Source: Microbacterium sp. 13-71-7 (GTDB taxonomy: Bacteria; Actinomycetota; Actinomycetes; Actinomycetales; Microbacteriaceae). From it: a stretch of DNA of 60,126 bases. Positions 8,747 through 17,416 of this stretch are shown one piece after another. The translations under genes and the position numbers were made by a program. The notes below the pieces were generated by a model. The model ran no database searches. It worked only from the letters and a program-made list of their open reading frames with translations, and was not told where the DNA came from. Every line of letters begins with the position of its first letter. The stretch's first letter is position 1. Location of the stretch: assembly GCF_002257455.1 (NCBI RefSeq), contig NZ_NCKN01000001.1, positions 1 through 60,126 of the forward strand, written 5' to 3'.

Positions 8747-10374
8747 GCCTTCCCGTCGCCCCGAAGCAGAGCCCCCGCCGATTCCAGCAGGCCAGCTGGG
8801 ACGAGCCGATCGTCTTCGAGCTGTCCGCGCCGGGCGAGAGGGGCGTCCTCGTGACGCCGGTCGAGCCGTCCGTGCGGGAGGCCGTCGGCGACGTCGTCGC
8901 CGCGCTCCCCGAGGGGATGCGCCGCCCGACCCCGCCGGCGCTGCCCGAGATCGCGCAGATGCGCGTGCTCAAGCACTACCTGCGCCTGTCCCAGGAGAAT
9001 CTCGGATCCGACCTCAACGTCGACATCGGCCAGGGCACGTGCACGATCAAGTACTCGCCGAAGATCAACGACCAGCTCATCGAGGTTCCGCAGCTGCGGG
9101 CGCTGCACCCGGCGCAGGATCCGGCCGACACGCAGGGCGCGCTCGAGACGATCTGGCGGCTCGAACGGCTCATGGCGGAGATCTCCGGCATGGACGCGGT
9201 GTCGCTCGCCTCCCCGGGCGGATCCGCCGGCATCTGGACCAACATCGCGATGATCCGCGCCTACCACGCGTCGCGCGGCGAGGCCGCCCAGCGCGACGAG
9301 GTCATCACGACGATCTTCAGCCACCCGTCCAACGCGGCCGCCGCCAAGGTCGCCGGGTACAAGGTCATCACGATCTACCCGGACGCCGACGGCTACCCGG
9401 ACCTCGGCGCGCTCAAGGCCGCGCTCTCCGAGCGCACGGCCGCGATCATGGTGACCAACCCCGAGGACACCGGCATCTACAACCCCGCCATCGAGGAGTG
9501 GGTCGACGCCGCGCACGAGGTCGGTGCGCTCGCCTCCTACGACCAGGCCAACGCCGCCGGCATCCTCGGCATCACGCGCGCCCGCGACGCCGGATTCGAC
9601 GTGTGCCAGTTCAACCTGCACAAGACGTTCTCCGCCCCGCACGGCAGCGGAGGCCCCGGTGCGGCGGCCAACGCGGTGAGCGCGGCGCTCGCGCCGTTCC
9701 TGCCCGGTCCCCGCGTGGAGAAGGTGGAGGGGCGCTTCGTCGTCCGCGAGCCCGGCGACCTGTCGATCGGGCACGTGGCACCGGCGCACGGCGTGATCCT
9801 GCACGTGGTGCGGGCGTACGCGTGGATCATGGCGCTCGGCGCCGAGGGCATGCTCGCGGCCTCGCAGATCGCGGTCCTGAACAACAACTACCTGCTGAAG
9901 AAGGTGCTCGAGATCCCGGGGGCGTCCGCGCCCTATGCGACCGGCCGCCGCCGCATCGAGCAGGTGCGGTACTCGTGGCAGGAGCTGTTCGAGGAGACCG
10001 GCATCAGCTCGGAGGAGATCGGCATCCGGATGGCCGACTACGGCTTCCACTACTGGACGAGCCACCACCCCTACGTCGTGCCCCAGCCCTTCACCCTGGA
10101 ACCCACCGAGTGCTACTCGAAGGCCGAGATCGACGAGTACGTGGCGGCGCTCGCGCAGGTCGCGCAGGAGGCCAGGGAGAACCCGGAGCTGGTGCGCACG
10201 GCGCCGCACAACCAGACCGTGCACCACACGCACCACGACGACCTGGACGACCCGGAGCGCTGGGCGATCACCTGGCGCGCCTACCGCCGGAAGTACTTCG
10301 GAGAGGTCCCGGCCGGTCCTGCCGCGAGCGCCCTGCCGGACGTGGAACTCGCCGTCGTCGCCGCCGGATCCTGA
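8743..10374 (+). CDS. gcvPB: Glycine dehydrogenase P-protein subunit 2-like (divergent GcvPB), PLP-dependent
   Basis: HYLRLSQEN, GTCTIKY, MVTNP, PLP-lysine motif NLHKTFSAPHGSGGPG, LEPTE; GTGA overlap with gcvPA. Confidence 0.88.
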   Translation: MSLPVAPKQSPRRFQQASWDEPIVFELSAPGERGVLVTPVEPSVREAVGDVVAALPEGMRRPTPPALPEIAQMRVLKHYLRLSQENLGSDLNVDIGQGTCTIKYSPKINDQLIEVPQLRALHPAQDPADTQGALETIWRLERLMAEISGMDAVSLASPGGSAGIWTNIAMIRAYHASRGEAAQRDEVITTIFSHPSNAAAAKVAGYKVITIYPDADGYPDLGALKAALSERTAAIMVTNPEDTGIYNPAIEEWVDAAHEVGALASYDQANAAGILGITRARDAGFDVCQFNLHKTFSAPHGSGGPGAAANAVSAALAPFLPGPRVEKVEGRFVVREPGDLSIGHVAPAHGVILHVVRAYAWIMALGAEGMLAASQIAVLNNNYLLKKVLEIPGASAPYATGRRRIEQVRYSWQELFEETGISSEEIGIRMADYGFHYWTSHHPYVVPQPFTLEPTECYSKAEIDEYVAALAQVAQEARENPELVRTAPHNQTVHHTHHDDLDDPERWAITWRAYRRKYFGEVPAGPAASALPDVELAVVAAGS

Positions 10375-10378
10375 TCCC

Positions 10379-11518
10379 GTGATCGGACTCGTCGTCAACC
10401 CTGTCGCCGGAGTCGGCGGGCCCGCGGGCCTCGCCGGCTCCGACGGCGCGGCTGTGCAGGCGCAGGCGGCGGAGCACGGCTCCGCCCCTCGCGCGCACGA
10501 GCGCGCCGGACAGACGCTGGCGGTGCTCGCGCGCTCGCACCCCAGGGTGCGGATCCTCACCGCCGCGGGGTCGATGGGCGCCGCGGCCGTGGCGGACGCG
10601 GGGCTCGAGCCGGTCGTGGTGTTCACCCCCTCCTCGACCGCGACCACGCCCGACGACACCGCCGCGGCGGTCGCCGCCGTAGCCGCCGCAGGCGCCTCGC
10701 TCGTGCTGGTGGCCGGCGGCGACGGCACCCTGCGCGACGCCGTGCGGGGGCTGGGCGCGGCCCCGGGATCCGCCCCGGCCGTCCTCGGGATCCCCGCGGG
10801 CGTGAAGATGTACTCGCCCGTGTTCGCCGTGACCCCGATCGCGGCGGGCGCCCTCGCCGCGGACTGGCTGGGATCCGAGCCCGTGCCGACGGCCGTGCGC
10901 GAGGTGCTCGACGTCGACGAGGCCGCTCTCCGCCGCGCGCGGGTGGAGCCGGTGCTCTACGGCAGCCTGCGCGTGCCGCAGCGGCTCGGGCGCACCCAGG
11001 CGCGCAAGGCGCCCACGCCCGTCAGTGAGCAGGACGCGGTCGCCGCCGCCGCGCGCAGCGCCGTCCGCGCGATGCGTCAGGGCGTCCGGTACCTGCTCGG
11101 CCCCGGCGGCACCACGGCGCAGATCGCCGCGGAGCTCGGCATCGCGAAGACCCCGCTCGGCGTGGACGTCGTGCTCGACGGGCGCCTCGTGGCCGCGGGC
11201 GCCGACGAGGGCCGGCTGCTCGCCGAGGTCGCCGCCGGCCCCGCGCAGGTCGTTGTCACCGTGATCGGCGGGCAGGGGTTCCTGCTCGGCCGCGGCAATC
11301 AGCAGCTGTCCCCACGCGTGATCCGCGCGCTCGGCGCGGATCCGCTCCTCGTCGTCGCCCCGGAGCAGAAGCTCGTCGACCTCGGCGGACGTCCGCTCCT
11401 GGTCGACACCGGCGATCCCGACCTCGACGCCTCCCTCGCCGGACACATCCGCGTCCTCACCGGCGCCGCGGCCTCGGCGTTCTACGCCGTCGCCGCGCCA
11501 GAAGCCCTCGTCCCCTGA
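10379..11518 (+). CDS. ATP-NAD kinase/AcoX-like protein
   Basis: VNPVAGVGG...GSDG, GGDGT, GIPAGVKMYS, GGQGFLLGRGNQQ, VDTGD. Confidence 0.82.
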   Translation: MIGLVVNPVAGVGGPAGLAGSDGAAVQAQAAEHGSAPRAHERAGQTLAVLARSHPRVRILTAAGSMGAAAVADAGLEPVVVFTPSSTATTPDDTAAAVAAVAAAGASLVLVAGGDGTLRDAVRGLGAAPGSAPAVLGIPAGVKMYSPVFAVTPIAAGALAADWLGSEPVPTAVREVLDVDEAALRRARVEPVLYGSLRVPQRLGRTQARKAPTPVSEQDAVAAAARSAVRAMRQGVRYLLGPGGTTAQIAAELGIAKTPLGVDVVLDGRLVAAGADEGRLLAEVAAGPAQVVVTVIGGQGFLLGRGNQQLSPRVIRALGADPLLVVAPEQKLVDLGGRPLLVDTGDPDLDASLAGHIRVLTGAAASAFYAVAAPEALVP

Positions 11519-11600
11519 CCCGCATCCCGGTCCCGCGCCTCTCGGCAGGACCGGATCCCGACCGCACCCCGACCCGACCACGACCCGCAAGGAGCACCCC

Positions 11601-12359
11601 ATGCGTCTGCAGAACAAGAACGCCATCGTCACCGGAGGCGCCGGCGGCATCGGCCGCGCCACGTCCCTCGCCTTCGCCGCCGAGGGCGCCAACGTCGCCG
11701 TCGTCGACCTGAACGCGGAGGCCGCCGAGGCCGTCGCGGAGGAGATCCGTGCGGCCGGCGGATCCGCGGTCGCGATCGGCGCCGACGTGTCGAGCGAGGC
11801 CGACATCGAGCGCGTCGTCGCGTCGGTCGTCGACGGCTTCGGCGGCGTCGACGTGGTCTTCAACAACGCCGGCATCATCCGGCGCACCACGGCGGTCGAG
11901 ACCACGGTCGAGGAGTGGGACCGCGTGTTCGGCGTGAACGTGCGGGCGATCTTCCTGATGTGCAAGCACGTCGTGCCGATCATGGCGGCGAACGGCGGCG
12001 GATCCATCGTCAACACCGGATCCGGCTGGGGGCTCAAGGGCGGCGGCCAGGCCATCTCGTACTGCGCGTCCAAGGGCGCGGTCGTGAACATGACCCGCGC
12101 GCTCGCGATCGACCACGGCCCGCAGGGCATCCGCGTCAACTCGGTGAACCCCGGCGACGTCGACACCGGCATGCTCCGCGACGAGGCCCGTCAGCTCGGT
12201 CAGGACCAGGCCGGCTTCCTCGCCGAGGCCGCAGAGCGCCCGCTCAACCGGATGGGGCAGCCCTCCGAGATCGCCGCCGCGGTCGTCTGGCTCGCGAGCG
12301 ACGAGTCGTCGTACGTGACCGGAGCCGCCCTCGTCGTCGACGGAGGCGGCATCGCCTGA
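11601..12359 (+). CDS. Classical short-chain dehydrogenase/reductase
   Basis: TGGAGGIG, NNAG, YCASK; AAGGAG RBS. Confidence 0.93.
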   Translation: MRLQNKNAIVTGGAGGIGRATSLAFAAEGANVAVVDLNAEAAEAVAEEIRAAGGSAVAIGADVSSEADIERVVASVVDGFGGVDVVFNNAGIIRRTTAVETTVEEWDRVFGVNVRAIFLMCKHVVPIMAANGGGSIVNTGSGWGLKGGGQAISYCASKGAVVNMTRALAIDHGPQGIRVNSVNPGDVDTGMLRDEARQLGQDQAGFLAEAAERPLNRMGQPSEIAAAVVWLASDESSYVTGAALVVDGGGIA

Positions 12360-12394
12360 GCCGGTCGCCCTGGCCGGGGCCCTGGGCCGGGATC

Positions 12395-12480
12395 CTGCCG
12401 AGTGCACGGGATCCTGCCGAGTGCACGGCTTCTCCACGCGAAGAAGCCGTGCGCTCGGCAGCGAGCCGTGCACTCGGCAG
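12395..12480. repeat. REP-like element: two direct plus two inverted copies of CTGCCGAGTGCACGG
   Basis: Forward copies at 12395 and 12414, reverse copies at 12447 and 12466 (19-nt period). Confidence 0.85.
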
Positions 12481-12531
12481 GCCCACCCCGGCCCGGGCTC
12501 GCATCCAGCCGGCTCGCGTAAAATCGTGACA

Positions 12532-14088
12532 ATGACCGACGCCCCCTCCGACGCCCCGTTGACGCAGAGCGACCGTAGCGCCACGACAGGCGGCGACGCC
12601 GTCGGATCCGGCATCGACCCGACCGACCTCGCGACCACGCTCAGAGTGCTCGCCGAGCTGCACGGGCTCGACCAGGACCACCCCGATTTCATCGCCGTCC
12701 GCCGGGCGACCTCGGCCATGTTCAAGGCCGCCAAGCGCGTGCGCCGCAGGGAGATCCGCGATGCGATCGCCGAGGCCGACCGCGCCGTGATCGCCGCGAC
12801 CGCGACGGGCGCTCCGGACCGCATCGACGACGAGACGCGCGGCCTCGACCTCGAGAGCAGCGTGACCGACGCCCCGACCGCCGGCGAGCTGCTGAAGCCC
12901 CGCAACTGCTACATCTGCAAGCAGCTGTACACGACGGTCGACGCGTTCTACCACCAGCTCTGCCCCGATTGCGCCCGGTTCAGCCACGGCAAGCGCAACG
13001 CCCGCACCGACCTCAGCGGCAAGCGCGCCCTGCTCACGGGTGGGCGCGCCAAGATCGGCATGCACATCGCGCTGCGGCTGCTCCGCGACGGCGCGCACAC
13101 CACGATCACGACGCGGTTCCCGCGCGACGCGGTGCGCCGGTTCGCGGCGCTGCCCGATTCGGCCGACTGGCTGCACCGGCTCCGCGTGGTCGGCATCGAC
13201 CTGCGCGACCCCGCCCAGGTGATCGCGCTCGCCGACTCGGTGGCGGCCCAGGGCCCGCTCGACATCCTCATCAACAATGCGGCGCAGACCGTGCGCCGCT
13301 CGCCCGGCGCGTACTCGCTGCTCGCCGATGCCGAGCTGCAGCCGCTCCCGAACGGCCCGCTGCCCGAGATGGAGACCTTCGGGCACACCGCCGATCCGCA
13401 CCCCGAGGCGCTGCAGGCCTCGGTCGACGCGCACCCGCTGCTGTCGATCGCCTCGCTCGGCGGCACGATCGCCGAGCAGGGCGGGCAGGCGCTCACGGCC
13501 GAGGAGCTGGCCCGGCTCGCGATGGCGCCCGGATCCTCCTCGCTCGCGAAGCATGCGGACGGCACCGCGATCGACGCGGGCGGCCTCGTGCCCGACGTGA
13601 ACCGCGTGAACAGCTGGGTGCAGAGCGTGGACCAGGTGGATCCGCTCGAGATGCTCGAGGTGCAGCTCTGCAACACGACGGCGCCGTTCCTGCTCATCAG
13701 CCGGCTGCGTCCGTCGATGGCGGCCTCGTCCGCACGGCGCAAGCACATCGTGAACGTCTCGGCGATGGAGGGCCAGTTCTCCCGTCGGTACAAGGGCCCA
13801 GGGCACCCGCACACCAACATGGCGAAGGCCGCGCTGAACATGCTCACCCGCACGAGCGCCGGCGAGATGCTGGAGACGGACGGGATCCTGATGACCGCGG
13901 TCGACACGGGCTGGATCACCGACGAGCGCCCGCACTACACGAAGGTGCGCCTCGCGGAGGAGGGCTTCCACGCCCCGCTCGACCTCGTCGACGGCGCGGC
14001 CCGCGTGTACGACCCGATCGTGCGCGGCGAGGCCGGCGAGGACGTCCACGGCGTGTTCCTGAAGGACTACGAGCCCAGCCCCTGGTGA
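12532..14088 (+). CDS. Extended SDR family oxidoreductase with N-terminal Cys cluster
   Basis: CYIC...CPDC, TGGRAKIG, NNAA, HTNMAKAALNM; start site uncertain. Confidence 0.8.
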   Translation: MTDAPSDAPLTQSDRSATTGGDAVGSGIDPTDLATTLRVLAELHGLDQDHPDFIAVRRATSAMFKAAKRVRRREIRDAIAEADRAVIAATATGAPDRIDDETRGLDLESSVTDAPTAGELLKPRNCYICKQLYTTVDAFYHQLCPDCARFSHGKRNARTDLSGKRALLTGGRAKIGMHIALRLLRDGAHTTITTRFPRDAVRRFAALPDSADWLHRLRVVGIDLRDPAQVIALADSVAAQGPLDILINNAAQTVRRSPGAYSLLADAELQPLPNGPLPEMETFGHTADPHPEALQASVDAHPLLSIASLGGTIAEQGGQALTAEELARLAMAPGSSSLAKHADGTAIDAGGLVPDVNRVNSWVQSVDQVDPLEMLEVQLCNTTAPFLLISRLRPSMAASSARRKHIVNVSAMEGQFSRRYKGPGHPHTNMAKAALNMLTRTSAGEMLETDGILMTAVDTGWITDERPHYTKVRLAEEGFHAPLDLVDGAARVYDPIVRGEAGEDVHGVFLKDYEPSPW

Positions 14089-14103
14089 CCCGGTCGCGGG
14101 TTC

Positions 14104-14171
14104 CCCACCTCCGAGTCGTCCCCCTCAGCGGCGCCTATAGCGTCCGCTGAGGGGGACGACTCGGAGGTGGG
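14104..14171. repeat. REP-like palindrome, GAGTCGTCCCC family, copy 1
   Basis: Perfect 28-bp arms CCCACCTCCGAGTCGTCCCCCTCAGCGG. Confidence 0.88.
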
Positions 14172-14284
14172 AGGCTCGCGGCTCGCGCACGGGTGCGGCG
14201 GAGGCGGCGTGGTGTCGCGGATCCTCGGCGGTACTCTGAGCGCACGGGATCGCCGTCGGCGTCCGGCACCGACCCGAGGAGGCT

Positions 14285-14716
14285 GTGATGGTTCCCGAGA
14301 TCAATTACTGGGCCGTACTGCTGGCGACCGCGTCGAGCATGGTCGTCGGATCCATCTGGTACGCCCGCGGCGTGCTCGGCGCCCGCTGGGCCCGCCTCGC
14401 GGGGGTCGACCTCGACAACCCCAAGGGCAGCCCCGTCCTCGCCATCATCGCGACCGTGATCGTGAGCTTCCTCACGGCCTGGGTGCTCGCCGGCGCCACG
14501 GCGATCGCCTGGCACTTCTACGGCGGATCCTTCTTCCTGTCGGCGCTCGTCACGGCGATCACGCTGTGGATGGGGTTCACGGCGGCGCGGTTCATCACGC
14601 ACGACGCCTTCGAGGGGCGCCCCAGCTCGCTGACCGTGCTGAACATCGCGCACGAACTCGTCACGGTCGTCGTGATGGCCGTCCTGATCGGGGTCTGGCC
14701 GCCCGCTCTCGGCTGA
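14285..14716 (+). CDS. DUF1761-like small membrane protein
   Basis: INYWAVLLA..SMVVGSIWY..G..W, four TM segments; GAGGAGG RBS. Confidence 0.75.
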   Translation: MMVPEINYWAVLLATASSMVVGSIWYARGVLGARWARLAGVDLDNPKGSPVLAIIATVIVSFLTAWVLAGATAIAWHFYGGSFFLSALVTAITLWMGFTAARFITHDAFEGRPSSLTVLNIAHELVTVVVMAVLIGVWPPALG

Positions 14717-14730
14717 CCGCGGCCTCCCAC

Positions 14731-14786
14731 TTCGAGTCGTCCCCGTCAGCGGAGCCCATAGCGTCCGCTGACGGGGACGACTCGAA
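14731..14786. repeat. REP-like palindrome, GAGTCGTCCCC family, copy 2
   Basis: Perfect 23-bp arms TTCGAGTCGTCCCCGTCAGCGGA. Confidence 0.88.
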
Positions 14787-14845
14787 ATAGGGGTGGCGCC
14801 CAGGAGGGGCGAGGGCGACGCGAGCGCGAGGGCGCGAGCGAGCGG

Positions 14846-15436
14846 TCAGCGGCGGATCGCGTAGCGGTGCAGGGTGACGCCCTGGTCGTAGGCGGCCTGC
14901 TCGAGCAGATCGAGGATCACCGGAGGCCTGGTCTCGCCGGGGCGCGGATCGTCGAACAGCGGGCGACCGGATCCGAGGATCGCCGGATGCGTGAACAGCA
15001 GGAGCTCGTCGAGAAGGCCCGCCTCGAGCAGCGCGGTGGCGAGCGTCGCCCCGCCGACGCCGATGCTGCCCTCGGTCTCGGCGCGGACCTCCGCGAGCCG
15101 GGAGACCGCGTCCTCGCCGATGACCCGCGTGTGGAACGGCGCCTCGGTGCGGGTGCGCGAGACGAGGATCTTCGGCTTGTCGGTCCAGATGGCGCCGTAC
15201 TCCTGCATGTACTCGGGCAGGGACCGGTCGTCGCGCGCCGCCGGCCAGAACGACTCCATGATCTCGAACACGCGCCGGCCCTGCACCATGAGGGCGAGAT
15301 CCGCGGCACGGCGATTGAACTCGCGATGCAGCGGCTCGTCGATCCGCATCCAGTCGCCGCCGCCCTCGTCGCCGGGGGCGGCTTCGATCCGCAGATCGAG
15401 GGACACGTTCATCCAGTACACGAACCGACCGGCCAT
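14846..15436 (-). CDS. Dihydrofolate reductase/RibD C-terminal family protein
   Basis: MNVSLD, QGRRVFE, VGGATLA, LLDEL..HPAILGSGRPLF. Confidence 0.85.
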   Translation of the reverse strand: MAGRFVYWMNVSLDLRIEAAPGDEGGGDWMRIDEPLHREFNRRAADLALMVQGRRVFEIMESFWPAARDDRSLPEYMQEYGAIWTDKPKILVSRTRTEAPFHTRVIGEDAVSRLAEVRAETEGSIGVGGATLATALLEAGLLDELLLFTHPAILGSGRPLFDDPRPGETRPPVILDLLEQAAYDQGVTLHRYAIRR

Positions 15437-15512
15437 GCGCCTCTCCCATCCTCGGGGACGCTCTCGACGCTAACCCCGCGCCTCCGCACGCGCAACGCCC
15501 CCGCCACCAACG

Positions 15513-15562
15513 GAGTCGTCCCCGTGAGCGGACCCGGGGGGATCCGCTGACGGGGACGACTC
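15513..15562. repeat. REP-like palindrome, GAGTCGTCCCC family, copy 3
   Basis: GAGTCGTCCCCGTGAGCGGA / TCCGCTGACGGGGACGACTC, one mismatch. Confidence 0.85.
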
Positions 15563-15590
15563 GGAAGTGGAGAGGAAAAAAAGGGGGGGG

Positions 15591-16294
<704 letters not shown>

Positions 16295-16298
<4 letters not shown>

Positions 16299-16543
16299 TC
16301 GGCGACCTCGATGCCGACGACGTCCTCGATCACGGAGTTGGAGAGCACCTCTTCGGCGATCCGCCGGGCCTCGGCGAGCACGTCGTCGGTGACCTCGCCG
16401 TCGACGGTGAGCTCGAAGCGCTTGCCGATGCGGACATCGCTGAACGCGGTCACGCCGGTGCGGGCGAATGCTCCGGAGACGGCCTTCCCCTGCGGGTCGA
16501 GCAGTTCGGACTTGGGCATGACGTCGACGACGATGGTGGGCAT
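16295..16543 (-). CDS. purS: Phosphoribosylformylglycinamidine synthase subunit PurS
   Basis: VMPK..LDPQG, VRIGK, LSNSVIE; overlaps the purQ start. Confidence 0.94.
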
Positions 16544-16687
16544 TCGAGGCTCCGAAATGTCGCGGGAGGGGGCAGCGGCCAGTCTATCGCGCGGAAACAG
16601 GGCCTTCGGCCGGGGCGGCCTGGCCCGCGGCCGTCGCGGGCGCCCTCCCGGCACGGGCCGGCGCACGCAGGACGAGGGTTCTAGCGC

Positions 16688-17209
16688 TCAGCTGCGGAAC
16701 ACGGTGTGCACGTCGCCGGCGACGTCGCGGCCGCCCAGCCCGTCGATCTCGAAGAGCACCGAGATCCCGGCGACCCGATAGCCGAGCTGCTCGACGATCC
16801 TGCGGCCGGCGGCCAGGGTGCCGCCCGTGGCGAGCACGTCGTCGATGAGCAGGATCCGGGATCCCGCGGGCAGGTCGTCGTGCATCTCGATCGTGGCGGT
16901 GCCGTACTCCAGTGCGTAGTCCACGGACGCGGCGGGCAGGGGGAGCTTGCCCGCCTTGCGGATCGGCACGAAGCCCGTCCCCGCCTCGATCGCCGCGGCT
17001 CCGGCGAGGATGAACCCGCGCGCCTCGATGCCCGCGACGACGTCGAAGGATCCGCGGAACGGCGCGACGAGGGCCTCGGTCGTCGCCTGCAGCGCCTCGC
17101 GATCGGCCAGCAGCGGCGTGATGTCGCGGAACAGGATGCCCGGCTCCGGGTGGTCCGGGATGGAGCGGATGAGCGATTCGGCACGGACGAGCGCGGGCGA
17201 GATGGTCAC
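16688..17209 (-). CDS. apt: Adenine phosphoribosyltransferase
   Basis: GILFRDITPLL, EARGF, RKAGKLP, YALEYG, IDDVLATGGT. Confidence 0.95.
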   Translation of the reverse strand: MTISPALVRAESLIRSIPDHPEPGILFRDITPLLADREALQATTEALVAPFRGSFDVVAGIEARGFILAGAAAIEAGTGFVPIRKAGKLPLPAASVDYALEYGTATIEMHDDLPAGSRILLIDDVLATGGTLAAGRRIVEQLGYRVAGISVLFEIDGLGGRDVAGDVHTVFRS

Positions 17210-17248
17210 CGGTCCAGGGTACGCGGGCGAGCGCGCGCGACCCGACGG

Positions 17249-17277
17249 TTGACATCGTGGGAGCGCTCCCATAGCCT
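17249..17277 (+). promoter_or_regulatory. Promoter containing a perfect CelR/CebR-type operator
   Basis: TTGACA (17249) N17 TAGCCT (17272), with the palindrome TGGGAGCGCTCCCA (17258-17271) in the spacer. Confidence 0.88.
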
Positions 17278-17416
17278 GATCCGGATCGCCGGGCGCGCTG
17301 TCCTGCGGCACGGGTCTGCGGCGGGAGCCTGCGGCACGGGCGTCGCGTCGAGCGCCTCATCGCGAGCGCAGCCCCCACCGCGCCGCCCCGACGACGCACC
17401 GAGCGAAGGAGCGCCC

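Noticed and set aside
7370-10374. Calling this a normal glycine cleavage system
   Set aside because: No gcvT, gcvH, gcvL or glycine riboswitch nearby, signature loops are altered, and the genes are coupled to a beta-galactosidase.
12389-12480. Direct repeats resembling a mini CRISPR array (also 30404-30460)
   Set aside because: Units are contiguous with no unique spacers, are followed by inverted copies, and no cas genes are present.
12532-14088. Cys-cluster SDR as part of the gcvP operon
   Set aside because: It is separated by a REP hairpin and has its own putative -10 (TAAAAT) just before the start, so it is probably an independent gene.
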